DNA of 64,000 bases from Pavona decussata (Eukaryota): assembly GCA_977016875.1 (NCBI GenBank), contig CDRNST010000096.1:186001-250000 (forward strand). Reading direction: 5' to 3'. Below, piece by piece: positions 12,937 to 26,100 of this stretch. Position 1 is the stretch's first letter. Each line of letters starts with the position of its first letter. The notes below the pieces were generated by a model. That model was not told where the DNA came from, ran no database searches, and worked only from the letters and a program-made list of their open reading frames with translations. Position numbers and translations under genes: made by a program.

Positions 12937-14373
12937 ATTTGAACCTCTACGCCTGTGGAGTGACCAAATGTTAATTCCCCCTTTAATTGAAAACTAGTTT
13001 ATCATATTCAGTGAAATTTGTTAGTCTGGTATGCAGTCAAAATGACAGCATCAGAGAGAATTGCAATTCACCCAGAATATCACATTGAGTTTTCTTGATT
13101 AGGTTCATCTGTGCTTTTTAGCACAATGTGAACATTTATTTGCGGGTGACACATTTGATATCTGATCATTGGTACTTACAAGGTTATATATACATGTAAT
13201 TTATGGAATTTAAGTTTGAAGTAACTATTTACATGCTGGCAGGTGAACGTTTAGCAAATTAAGCTGATGCAGTTTTAATAAAGTGAGTGAAATAAAACAC
13301 ATGAAGTTTCTGCTTAAGATCTGCCCAGTTGATGGCATCAAAGGGAATTCTCTCAACAGAGATGCCCTTCTTTGTATACACAATGAAATCACACCAGGAG
13401 GCTCCAGTGACCCCCATGTGACCTTGCACTTGTGCAAAGTAAGAATGAGTTCTTTTGACTTTGCACTGTCCATTCACAGCTTCACAGAAAAAAATTAGGT
13501 TCTTGGCATGCATCTAATGGAGACACATGAAACTCTATTTCGGGACACTTCACTTCAGAAAGTCCAAAGTTGTTTTGGTACCCAAAGTCAACAACTCTTC
13601 CATCAGGAGAACTTCCAATGAATAGCATGTCATGAGAAACAACAAAGCCACACTTGAGGTGTCTTTCGAGTGTACATAAGTCTTTCATATGCCTCAAGGG
13701 CGACCAGCTCATATTTGATGCCATGCTCCACATACCTTGAGGTAAATGGCTTAGGGTTAATTAGCTCAGTAGCAAATTTTTCAAAGTTCCTCTTCCTTTT
13801 GACTACAAGATCAAACTTCGAAGCTGTTAATCTGAACTTTTGTTCCTCCTTCCACTGCTGTTATTGTAATTGATCTCTTGTGCTTGATTCTATGTTGTTA
13901 ATCACAGTCTCGTCAACTGCCAGAGAACTCATAAGAGCTCTTTCTGTTGCATCCAGGTTGTCAGGACACACAAAATCACCACTTGGAACTAATGGAAACC
14001 TGGGATAAGTAAACAAGCTTTCTCCTCTGTTGTTCTTTCTTGGTATTGATGATCCTCTGTTGTTCTTTCTTGGTATTGATGAAATATCAACAAAAGCCTG
14101 GAAGTTTGCCTACGCATAGGTTAAGTGGTAACTAGAGAATGATCCAATTTGACTTTTTCCAAATTTAGTATCTACAAAACTGTCCACTGAAGAATCATTT
14201 CGAGCCATTATTGCTTAGCCCATGTCTGGGTTAATTTGCTGGAGGGCCTTATTCAGTTGTATCTCAGCTTGAAAATCATGACTTGCATCAGTTCTTGCCT
14301 CGTACAACAGACATTTAACTCCATCTCTGCTATTAGTTTAATCGAGTTTCGTTTTTGAAATGGTGACTTCCAT

Positions 14374-16951
14374 TATCACCCGCCTTCTTACAACTTTTCA
14401 CCGTTTATTGATGAGTTTGGCTGCCTTCTGGAGCAATATATCACCGATTCTTCACTTCTTCTTGTTGCTGGTGATTTTAATTACCATATTGATGACACTG
14501 CCGACAAACCTTCATCTGATTTTTGCAAACTTCTTAGCTCATTCAATTTAAAGCAACATGTTAACAAACCAACACAAAGTGCTGGTCATATTTTAGACCT
14601 TTTAATCGAGAGAGATGAGCCTCTGGTATTTAAAATTTCAGTTTGTGATCATGACTTATCTGATCATTTCGTTGTTCATTGGATGTTTTGTAAGCTGAAG
14701 ACCATTGACACCAGGATGATTTGTGATGAACTACTCAATTCTTCGCTTTTACTGCATCCACCTGAAGATCTTCATCAGTTGGTTTCTCTCTACAATTCTA
14801 TGTTGGCTTCTATTCTGGATAAATATGCTCCAGTCAAAAGGCATGTTATCACCATTTGCCCCTCTGCTCCTTGGTATACTGAGGAGATAAAAAGCGAAAA
14901 GAGGATTCGAAGGAGATTTGAGAGGCGATGGCGTGCAACTCGATCAGCCTCTGATCATGAGAAATTTATTCGACAGTGTTACGCTGTAAACAATATGTTG
15001 TTGTCATCGAGATCAAATTACTACTCTACATTAATTGCTGAAAACCGACATGATTTGAGGAAACTGTTTTCAACTTTTTCGAAACTACTTCACCATAGTC
15101 CAGAAACCAGATTTCCGCAACATGACAGCGTTACATCATTAGTGCAAGATTTTATTGTGTTTTTTGGCAATAAAATAAGGAAAATTCGTAATGATCTTGA
15201 TCGATATATACCAGACAATGGTTTTGAGTTCAGAGATGTTGCTGCTGGATGTCAATTTACTACCTTTGCAAATGTTTCATTGACTGAACTGAAGGCAACC
15301 GTTGGACCTATGTATTTAAAGTCTTGTGATTTAGACCCTCTTCCTGGTTGTATTATGAAGGAATGCTTTGCTACTGTTAGTTCAGTGATTATTAGGATTG
15401 TCAACCTTTCAATGGAATCTAGAATACTTCCTACCTATCTTAAAGTGGCTAGTGTTAAACCACTGCTCAAGAAGCAATCCTTGAGCCCGGAAGAATTCAA
15501 GAATTTTAGGCCAATTTTGAACTTGAGTTTTCTGTCTAAAGTTACTGAGAAGTGTGTCGCAAAGCAGCTTATTGACTATTTAGATACCAATAATCTCCAT
15601 GTAATATATCAATCAGCGTACAGAAAACTTCATAGTACGAGACGGCTTTAATCTGTGTTTATAATGATATCGCAATTGCCTTAGATCAGAAAAGATCAGT
15701 GAATTTGCTGCTTCTGGATCTTTCTGCCGCATTTGATACTGTTGATCACTCCGTCTTACTTTCACGCCTTTCTCATCGATTTGGAATTAGAGGTACGGCA
15801 TTGGAATGGTTTCGCTTGTATTTGAGCAATCGCACTCAATTTGTTAATGTCAATGGATCGACCTCTGATCGTCATGTTCTGCAGTTTGCTGTACCCCAAG
15901 GGTCAGTCCTTGGTCCTCTTTTATACTCAATGTACACCTCTCCATTAAGTGATATCGCCTGTAAGCACGAGCTCAGCTTTCACTTTTATGTGGATGATAC
16001 ACAGCTCTATGTAACATTCGAGACATCATCCCTTAATGATATGGAGCTGAGCAAGTGTAGGTTGGAAGCCTGTGTACGAGAAATTGACACCTGGATGCTT
16101 CTCAATAGATTGATTTTAAACAAAGACAAAACTGAGCTCCTTGTCATATCATCTCTTCACCTTGCTCGAGCTGCTTTGTCACATATTTATGTCTGCGATG
16201 AGAGAGTACTGGCTTCACCAAGAGCAAGGAACATTGGAGACCTTTTCGATGAATCTCTGAGTATGGCCCCTCAAGTCACTGTATTTGCAAATCGGCTTTC
16301 TATCATCTTCGAAATTAGTCTCATTCGTAGATATCTCACTGTTGATGCTGTCCAGCTTCTTATTCATGCCCCAGTCACATCAAAACTTGATTACTGCAAC
16401 TCGCTACTATATGGCTTACCTAAGTAGCTGATTAAACAGCCTCAGCATGTTTAGAATGCAGCTGCTCGCGTTGTTACTGTTTCACCAAAGTTCTGCCACA
16501 TTACACCTGTTCTTAAAGATCTCCATTGGCTTCTGATTGATCTCCGAATTGAATTAAAAATACTTATCATTACCTACAAGGCTCTTCATGGTCTCGCTCC
16601 TAGCTACATTAAAGATCTTCTCAAAAATTACCATCCATCACGCGACATTAGGTCTTCAAAGAAGAATGTACTCGTGGTCCCTGCATTTAACACAAATAGT
16701 TATGGCCGTCGTGCCTTTTCTATTGTTGTGCCACTTCTTTTGAACAGTCTTTCTCAGCATATTAGAGATGCTAGATCACTTGACATTTTTAAAAGACGGC
16801 TTATAACTGCTCTTTTTATACGCGCTTTTTAAATTCATGTAATGATTTTTGGTGTTTTATAATCTAACTATTTTAAATTATTTTAAACTAATTTTAACTT
16901 TGACTTTGTAAATAGCGCCTTTGGACCCATGGGAAAGGGCGCTCTATAAAT
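14374..16951 (+). mobile_element. L2/CR1-group LINE, 5'-truncated (partial APE endonuclease plus RT)
   Basis: GDFN, GHILDL, SDH; NFRPILNLSFLSKVTEK; LLDLSAAFDTVDH; VPQGSVLGP; YVDDTQLY; LDYCNSLLYGLP. 3' end agcgcc...ggcgctctataaat. Confidence 0.9.
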
Positions 16952-17224
16952 GCAAGAGCAAGAACATGATTACAGTAACCCACTTTGCCGGCCTTACATG
17001 AACAGTTAGCATCATTGATTTGACCCGATACGATGCACATAGAAAAACTAAGAATATGGGGTGCGTCACTCTTCTAGGCCTTATGTGCCACATGGCACGA
17101 AGTGGATAGCTGAAGGTGAAGGTGACTCTTCTTGAAACTGTGGTAACATTTCGCTCTTGAATAAAAATACCTTTAGTCACTGTTAGCCTCAATTTCCTTT
17201 AAGTGTTCGTCGTTCAAAAATGTC

Positions 17225-17415
17225 CTACAATGCGGGCTAAAAGTGCTGGGACAGTAAACGCTATAGCAGCAAACTTCACAGTAATTCCCCCTTCCCCCCC
17301 AAACAATGTTGAACTGGGTGGGTTGAACAGACGTTACACAAGTAAAATAAGTGTCGATGTTTGCTAAGATCTTTTCAACATTGCCTGGGGAGGGGGAGAG
17401 GGTGGAGGCGTAGCT
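17225..17415. repeat. Small palindromic MITE-like insert (C-run/caatgttg ... caacattg/G-run)
   Basis: It interrupts the YqaJ gene and has the same internal architecture as 30113-30392. Confidence 0.5.
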
Positions 17416-18343
17416 AAAGGGTCATAATAATGATGGGGAGAGTAAGACACGCAAATTTGAAAGGAATCCAGCAACTGTCCCAAGGATGTCTGTCCTCCAT
17501 TGTAGCTTTCCTCAAATTAGTTGGAATGGAGTGATGCTCCGCATTTGCCATTTTCTTCCCTGAATTTGCTATGTGTTGATTCATTTTTGCTCTGGTTAAT
17601 GACGGCATTCGTTCCAGTGACTTTCCCCCCCCCCATCTTGGATATTTTACGCTTGACACGGCAGGAGCGTTGTTGGGAAGACTTGAAATCCTTTTCTTCA
17701 TTTTAATATATATTTCATCTGGATCGGCATCGATAACCATTTTTTCCCTTCCAGTCCGCACGTATTCTTTGACCCTGCAATATAATCGGCAAAACCATTG
17801 TATTTCCACAGGTACATGTAAAACAGCCGAAGCGAAAATTTGGCATATTTTTAGCACATGCTCACCGTTTAACAAGCAAAGCTTTCATCTTAAGTCCTTT
17901 CAAAGAGTTGCCACGACAGCGCAGCCAGAACCTCAACTCTTCATTTTTCAGGGACGAAGGATTTCTTCCGGCCAAAGAAGCTCCCGGGATATCATCTTCG
18001 CTGAGAATTACACTCGCTTCGTTGCTACCACTACCAGATGCCATAGTTATTGTGATCTCTGGCCTACCAAGCCTCGCTTTCATGTATTCAAAACCACGCC
18101 GTCCCACGCGGCCGCCATTTATGAATTCAGTGTATGACCCTCCAGAAAGTATAGCAATATAGAGTCATTTGATGTTTTTAAAAATGGGATTAAAGGACGT
18201 GCCCTTGACGAATTTTAAGTTTTTAAATAATAAGGTAAAGTTCTATCACTTTCAAATGTTTATTTTAGATTTCAATTGTTTATATTAGATTTTATTGTAT
18301 TTGGTATGTGAAAACCCATTCTAATTGGATGTACCAATAAAGC

Positions 18344-18383
<40 letters not shown>
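18344..18383. repeat. (ATT)n microsatellite
   Basis: About 13 ATT units. Confidence 0.95.
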
Positions 18384-18385
<2 letters not shown>

Positions 18386-19143
18386 TTGTGAAAATAACTC
18401 AATTAATGTGGCTGCTTGTAGGCTACTTTCTACCCAATTTTCACCTCGCATAAAGTACTCATTGTACTTGATATTTTAAAGAGCTAAGAATGATAGCTCA
18501 GACTTAGCACATTTAAAGGTGATGACATTTGATAAACTTTCTCTTCTGGTCAGTGCCGTTTTCCTTTGTATTGTCACTTACTTGGAATCTCTAATATTGA
18601 TGTAATTTTAGAAATTCAAATAAGTGTAACAACTGTCAACTTTTTTTCTCTACCTAGATTACCCAGGAAATACCTTTGTTCATCCACCTATTCAGAAAGG
18701 GAACAACTTTATTGACAAAAAAGTAAATTCAATCACTTCTAAAACCCGTTTTTAGTGAGGATGGCTTAAATGACATGACAGGATGGTCTCACATACCACT
18801 CTTTTGTCAAGTACCTTCAACAAGTAGTTAGTACGTGAGCTTTTTTTTTATAGGGGGATCGAACCGTTGGAGTCTTATTCCCTGGCATTTTATACGTTTT
18901 GAGCATTCAGGTCATCGATCAGTGCAAATTTATGGCAGGAAGTTATAGAACTTCAACCTTTGTTCTTATTCAGTCTATAGGAGAGGTCTACGTATTTTTT
19001 TTAACAGCGATACCCCCACCTTGAGTAATCAGGGTAATACGAATGATGTTGCTGGTATTAGTGAAAATTATTTACGTGTAAGGCCATTTTTATTTGTGTA
19101 AATTGTGGAAAAGGTTTATTCTCCTGTGTTTCACTGCAAATTT

Positions 19144-19530
19144 GTCTCCTGCAGCTCAGTGGTAGAGCATCTCAACTAGTAATCGGAAGGTCTTAGGTTC
19201 GACTCCTGATAGGAGCACTCGGTTTTTTTTCCGAGTATGCCTGTGTCATTTACTGTGTCATTCTCATTTATTCACCAGGCTTAACATATTCGATCACATT
19301 ATTTCCACTGTGCATATGCCACACATTGACATTTCAATCCTAGCATTATGCAGGATGTTTGTCCTATGAACCTAGTTTAATTGGCCTTAGCTCCCACGAG
19401 TCTCCTGTAGCTCAGTGATAGAGCATCCAAACTAGTAAGCGTAAGGTCTTAGGTTCGACTCCTGATAGCAATACTCGCATTTTTTTTCCGAGTATGCCTG
19501 TGTCATTTACTGTTTAAATACATCATTCTC
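19144..19530 (+). mobile_element. tRNA-derived SINE-like unit, about 1.5 tandem copies with a 256-bp period
   Basis: tRNA-like heads at 19145-19217 and 19401-19473 with A box (agctcagtggtagagc) and B box (ggttcgactcc), each followed by a T-run and ccgagtatgcctgtgtca. Confidence 0.7.
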
Positions 19531-19891
19531 AACAAGAGAATTGTCAGATTTTATTATTTCTCATGCTAACGCCGCTATGACAATGAGTGACATTCAAGCG
19601 CCATTTACATTCAAGTCTTCTTTTGGCATGGCCCGGATAAAAAAGGGTCTGTGTACCCAAAAAAGCAGCAAGGCTCGGATGATTTATACAGTCTAAACGT
19701 TAAATTTGAAACCCCAAGCCATGCTAGAGTTTTACCTGTGCTTGGACCAAGTCAGGACGAAGTCTGAGCATGGGTAAAAAAGGTCACCAAGCCATTATTT
19801 TGGATTTCCAGTACAATGTAAACGGTCATCCAAGCTGTGCCTCCATTTTTACGAAACATTTGTTACATTGCGCATGAAAAGAACAAGGTAA

Positions 19892-22200
19892 AATGGCGGC
19901 CGCAGTGAAATGGGTCAGAGAGGAAAGACTTAGAAAACGAAGTGCGAGCCTTATAAGATCTGACGAAAGAAGAAACAATAGCTTTTAACTTAGACAACAC
20001 AAAGACACCTAAAGAAAAACGATCAGGGTACTCTGTCGTCCAAGTGCAACTCGAAAATAGAGGTAAGATTTTCTTCATTTGAGTGTGGTTGTTGTTATAG
20101 GCGCTGTGCTGTTCATAAAGTTAGAAATGTCTGTTTTAAGTAAAAACTTTCATGTCTATTCATTTCAGGAATAAACTACAGTGTGGATTCAATAATAAAC
20201 AAATGGAAGAAGATGAAGCAACAGTTCAAAAAAGAAGTAAATAAATTAGGAGAAGTGGGACTGGTTGAAGGAAAAAATGGTGGATCATGTGTACTATGGG
20301 TGGTCTCGGTCGATATGCCAACTGATATATCGACCGACTATCAGTCGCTAGTCGGTCGATATATTGACCGATAGTCAGTCGATAGTCCACCGATATATTG
20401 GTTGACAGTCGACCCATGTATCGGTCGACACATGGATGGGTATTTAGCGATCGACTCAAGTATCGGTCAAGTATCGTTTAGCCAACGTACCTGAAACAGT
20501 TATTTAACCTTAGTTCTTAGCGCTACAGATGTTAATTGTAATTTGGACTCGGAGTGATCTTTAGATAGTGTACCTTACAGTTACCTTTATTGTAGATGAG
20601 TTTTCGATTAAGCGGAGAACTCATATACATGGAAGGCTAGATTGCAGAATACCAGGCCCAGAAAATATCTTAACTAAAAAAACTTGCTACTATACGCAGT
20701 GCCGCAGTCGTCATACTAGGAGATAGCAAGGGGTGACAGGCCTGCACGACTTCTAACAATGGAAACATTTTTGATGTGTAACCTCTTTATATTTTTCCTC
20801 TGACAAGCATGTCATTTAGAGATTTCCTTTTTCAAAAGGAAATTGGTGATGGCTCTTTGAAGATTTCTCGTAGAAAAGGCTGGTTTTGTATTAAGTGCCA
20901 TTTTCCCATTAAAACATGTTTGAGGTTGGGCACATTGTACTGATCGTGTTTACCAGTGTCCCACAGAGAATAAATATATCGTCAATGTAACGTTTCCAAA
21001 CTGTAGGTTTTACGACGCTGTAGCAAGCAATGTGAGTTTGCAAGCAAGACCGCGGTTTCGAATCTTACGATTATCGTCAATTGCTATTTGAAGATTTTTT
21101 TAATGGGGAAAGGTAGAGTGTTATACTCAATTCCGTTCCACCGGATAGTATGGCAGTTTTGGGTTTATATAACCACTAATGTAGTATGGTAGGATCGAAA
21201 ATGGTGCATTCTGATTGGTCCTTGCCAGCCAGTCAGATTGCTGTAATATCGAACTTTGGCATATGGAGTGGAATGAACAATCGCAATTTTTTTCTACTCT
21301 TAGAAAATGTCGGATCTTGTGGACGAATCTGTACATTAAAATTTCAGAAACGGCAATGAACAAGATTAAGGCTAATATCCAGAAGAATGTTTTCAAGAGC
21401 ACAAAGGAATCTTAGACGTATCAATCCCTTACGGCTTTCTGATAGAATATATCGAAGCGTTTAGTTTTATTAAAGTGGATATTGTTCAGCAATGTCCTGA
21501 GATATATCCATGAGATATACCTCTAGCAACTGACGAGATTCAGCAAGAATCGAAACTGCAGTCTTGCTTCAGTTACAACTATGGAGAATTTTTAAATCCT
21601 TAAAGAAGATGGTCAACGCGGTATCTAGTAATGGCAAAATTATTTATGTTCGCTCACCGGTAAATTTTGTGCGAAAGAGAGAAGAGCAGTCTAGCCCATT
21701 GCAGGAACTAGTGAAAAGTCTTGAGAGAAAAGGTCCAAAGAGAAGAAATGACTTCTTTTTTATCCAACGCATTTTGGAAGATTTCGACAAGGCGTAATAT
21801 ATTTTAAATTATTAGTTGAGTATCGGTCAAGTATCGGTCAAGCATCGGTCAAGTGTCGGTCCGTTGTCGGTCGAGTATCGATGATCTTAGTTTATATCGG
21901 TCGACTGTCGACCGACTATCGACCGATATATCGGTTGATAGTCGACCGATAGTCAGCCAATGTATCGGTCGACATATCGACTGAGACCACCTATAGTACA
22001 CATGATCCAAAATGGCGATATTTCGACGATGTGGAGGCCATTTGCAGGCATCGAGACAACATTACATCAACAGTTTTGCTGGATTCCTCAAAGGATAATG
22101 ACCATTCTGATCATTCAGAGGGTGAATCTATTAATGATACTGAAAGTTCCGAAATTGAAAAGGATGTCGCTATGTGGTTCATTTTCCGTTATGGAAACAT
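19892..22200 (+). pseudogene. Myb/SANT-like DNA-binding gene (Harbinger accessory type), split by a Merlin-like insertion
   Basis: MAAAVKWV..., intron, then SIINKWKKMKQQFKKE; it resumes after the insertion as (KW)RYFDDVEAICRHR. Confidence 0.55.
20282..22008. mobile_element. Non-autonomous TIR element with GG termini and 8-bp TSD (Merlin-like)
   Basis: 36-bp TIRs ggatcatgtgtactat(g/a)ggtggtctc(g/a)gtcgatatg; TSD aaaatggt (20274-20281) / aaaatggc (22009-22016); subterminal arrays of tcgac/atcggtc. Confidence 0.75.
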
Positions 22201-22781
22201 TGGACAGTATTTTTTTTTAATTCCCCTAACTTATCTTTAATTGGGATGTGCATATAACTCTGACTCAGTTCTGGTACATATGAAGCATATGAAACATCGT
22301 TCAGGCAATAAATTGAAGGACAGCGATCAACTTTAGTTAGTACATGGAATGCACATACATTCAATGCGTTTATGTTAGTCATTTGTTACGTTTTTAATAG
22401 GCTGGTACAAACGGTCACTGGTACAGGTCATTGTTTTACTCATACTGAAATAAACTTTAAAAGGCCTCCTATAGCTAGGCCTTAACACTACACCTAATGA
22501 TTTTAAAGACCTTGTTTAAGGTTATGGTTGTTTCTGTATGGGTAAAACAATAATCTGTTCCGGGACCTCCTTTTTCTACCAATTTCCTTCTAATAACCAT
22601 AATGCTGCTGTTTGTTATTTTTGTAAGGCAACTGGGAATGGAACGAAAACGAGAAGGAAGGCAGCCTGAGTTGTCAGTTTTACAGTTACTCTCTAAGCAA
22701 GTTCCCATGGCGGCATTCCCTGTTAGTCAAAATTTTAGCCAGAGCTGTCAACATGATGGTTTTGGCTTCCCTACACCCAGT

Positions 22782-23170
22782 AAAGGCCGGTTCTCACTAA
22801 CGCATAGGCAAGTGAGAACACCCACGACATAAGCATAAGCATAAGCATAAGAAAAACGAACAAGTTTGTTTTTCTTGTGTCGGATTGTGCTTATGCTTAT
22901 GTCGCAGTTTTCACAAGTGAGAATGGGGCCGACATAAGCATAAGAATAAGTTCGAGCCCTTCAACCAATCACAGGTCACCTTGACCCAGACTTCTGCAGA
23001 AAGTATCACAAGCAAAATGGCGGATGCTATGACATCTGTAGACGAGTAGAGGAGTAGAGTCAGGTTATATCCAGTTCTGTACAACAAGGCTGATAAGTTT
23101 TCCAAGGATGTAAACAAGAAAACGCTGGCGTGAGAAGCCGTGGCTAACAAAAACTGGTTTTCCCTCAGGT
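22782..23170 (+). mobile_element. Harbinger-like element left end with a MADF-domain first exon
   Basis: Terminus aaggccggttctcact with (cataag)n subterminal repeats; MADAMTSVDE*...LYPVLYNKADKFSKDVNKKTLA*EAVA ends at a cag|gtaa donor. Confidence 0.55.
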
Positions 23171-23174
23171 AATT

Positions 23175-26100
23175 CACGCTGGGGATTTTGTGCGTCGTTT
23201 CTGGCCACAGAAATGCGTGAAAAACTTTTTTAACCGCCATATTGGCCGTGCAGTCTGAACTCGAGAGACTGGAAATAAGTTTTTTTGAATGCTCCCCAGT
23301 CTCCGGGGGTCAAGTTTTGAAACCTGGAATTAAATTTTCCGGCTTCTTTGTCGCTTGATCTTTCATTTGATACCAAACTTGCCGTGGTTTAGCTGTAAAC
23401 AATTCTGTACTTTTGAAGTCAATAGCAATCAATACTGAAAAGAACTACAGCTAAACGGTTTTTGGCAATGTTTGGCTTACAAGAAGGTAGACGAGTTCCT
23501 TGTTTCTGAGCATATTGAAGCTACAATACGAAGAATGTTACCAAGGTAAGAATTTGTTCTTTTCCAAATTTTGGATTTGCACCAGAGTTTTAAGCAAAGT
23601 TGTAATAGGTAGACCTCATTTTTCACTTTTGCCTTTTAGCTTCCATATGTGATGTGCCTTTGAGAGGAAATGATGGCACGTAGAATGCGTTTTTATACAC
23701 GATTCCCTATAGGTAAATATAGGGCATCAAAGAAATTGGAGCAAGACAAGCTTGTGAAAAAGATGCTAGAAGCAAACACCGACCTGAGCAGGAAGCGGAG
23801 AAAACTAAAACGTCTTCAAGATAGAGTGAGTGAGTGTTATAGCCTTGCTACATGCAAAAGCTTTATTTGATAAATTAAAGTCGTGTGTATAACTGTTGCC
23901 AGCATTTATTTATCTATATGTTATGGCGTAATTTTGATTTTCCTTTGTTTCAATTATGGTCATTACCATTTAATAACATGGAGAGTGGCAAAATACCCAT
24001 AGCAATTGAGGAGACAGGGTGATCAGAGGTGGAAAGTAGTAGTTATTTAATTATTTGTGTGTACTCACAAATTGTTCTCCTTTATTATATAGGTGAATTT
24101 GATTGATAGAAGCACAAGCGAGTTAAACAACAAGGTATGTGACTTGCATCAACAAGAACAACTCTTTATTATACCCATAAGGGATTGGCCATTACTTACA
24201 GAGAGGAGGGCTGGTGCAACAGTGGGTATGTCATGTTTGGCTTTTCCTCAAAACCCCTATTTGTAAGGTACAATTCTTTGCCCCCCCCCCCCCCCCCCAT
24301 CTCTCCCAAGCTACATATATTTGATACTGTGTATATGATTAACTACACAATGTACCTGAGGATGGTGGAACTGATGATTTCAATAATTGGGCTAGTTTTT
24401 TATAAAAAATATTAACTGGGCTTGTTTACTGATATTCTGCTGACCCCTTTAAGTTGAGCCATTTTACTTTCTTAGATTGCAAAGAAGAAATCCAAGAAAG
24501 AAAATATATTTCCTTTATCCCTTGTTGACAAGAGGCTACAATCTCCAACAACCCTCTCTGAGAAAGGAGATATAAGTGGCCCTAAAAGAACTTCCAATAG
24601 AAAGAAAGATGAGACTAGACGGCCAGCTATGGAAATCCATGGAGGAAGCCCAAACAACATGAAGCCAGCCTATTGTGGGCTTTTTGCAACTGTTTCAACA
24701 GGTGCTCCTGTAGATCAACTCAGGGAAATGTGTTCAGTTTCCCCTGTTTTGAAAGAAAGAGTTATTCCTAATATTGTAAATGAAAATGTAAAGGAATTTG
24801 AAACCAGATAAAGATGGTCTTGTCAGCAAAGCTAAATATAACTGCATCAGGTCATCTTTGAGTATGACCAGCAATGAAGACAATACAGGCAAAAGCCATG
24901 TAAAATTTATGAAGAGTTGCCTAATTCCCAAACTCATGACTTACAAGCAATTGATGGCTAAGGTAAATGCCATTAATATTGGCAGATTACATGATGTGAG
25001 AGAAACCCTGTGTGATGGTTTGGATGATGCAGACAAAGTAGATAGGAAGTACAGAAATCTCACTGAATTGCTTTTAAGACTAGCTCAGTTCTACTTAGAA
25101 GTTAATAAGCACCGTGTTGATAAACTTAACTGGTTTGGAAACGAGGTGGGATCTTTTAAGGTTGCTATTGGCGGGGACGGGGCGCCCTTTGGCAAAGATG
25201 ACACAGCCTTAAGCTGGTTGGTGAGCTTTCTTAATTGTGGTCCCAGAGTCTGTAGCCATGAAGAAAATTTTCTTTTACTAGGGGCAAACTGTAAAGAGGA
25301 TTGTGAACCCATCAGACGCTATGTGTGTAAGTTAGCTGACAAAATAAATGAAGTAGAGAAGAAAACCTTCTCTGTAAATGTTGATGGCAAGGACATCACA
25401 GTATCATTTTCTTTTGAAATGTTCCCGAATGACATGAAATACTTAGCATTTCTCGCTGGTGAACTTTCCAATTCTGCAAAATATTTCTCGTCATTCGCTA
25501 ATGACAAAAAAGATGATATTGGTGATGTTACTGCCACTTTGGGGGTTAAAACCTCAAACAAATGGCAACCTTGGGGTTATGCTTAGAGAATTGCTGTAGC
25601 TAAAAAGAAAGAAGAACTTTGGCGTTCCAGTTCGCACCTCAAGCCAGCTACCATTAGACAGAAGGTAACTTCATTCATCGTACAAAAAAAGTCTCGACAG
25701 GAATTCCCCCGCCTTGCTAGGTAAAGCTATTGACAAAGTTACCGTGGAACCCTTGGATGTCAAAAACAATGGATGGCCTTGAAATATGTGTTAGAATGTA
25801 CCAATGTAAGTGGCTGTAAGAGCGTCAATGACACTCCTACCTTAAGCTGCTTTAAACGGTATTACGAAACAGTGAAGTTTACCCTAAAGGCCACAAGACT
25901 TGCTAAAAAGGTGAGGAAGTGGTTCTGTGATGGCCGTTTGAAAAACAAGGACCTTGAGTACAGGTTCACAGGGAAAGAATCCTTGATAATGAGTCATCAA
26001 TTCATGACATTGCTTTCTGCTCTTGAATTGAAGATGACCAGCCTTTTCATAGTTTTGCTTTGCATGTGTTTGCTACTATTGCTGTGAACCTGAGGGACTC

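Larger units (their letters stand above)
13259..18043 (-). pseudogene. SAP-like/SWIM/YqaJ (lambda-exonuclease-like) accessory gene, interrupted by an L2 LINE and a small repeat
   Basis: LKNEELRFWLRCRG; CSCKAGKVGYCNHVLAL; GSSPDGRV...EVKCP; HSYFAQVQGHMGVTGASWCDFIVYT. Confidence 0.8.
11126..18133. mobile_element. ISL2EU-type (Harbinger/IS5-related) DNA transposon with two convergent genes
   Basis: ~73-bp imperfect TIRs (acaccaaattcataaatggcggcc...gaggcttggtaggcc and its inverse at 18061-18133); AT TSD at 11124-11125 and 18134-18135. Confidence 0.85.

Noticed and set aside
14023-14082. Exact 30-bp tandem duplication
   Set aside because: It is a simple slippage event inside a dead gene.
19145-19473. 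Two tRNA-Thr genes
   Set aside because: The stems are mismatched, the anticodon arm is irregular, and both heads sit in a larger repeated unit also found at 53 kb. They are SINE-like, not tRNA genes.
20300-21990. CRISPR-like or satellite array
   Set aside because: The short units have no unique spacers and are the subterminal repeats of a TIR element in a eukaryotic context.
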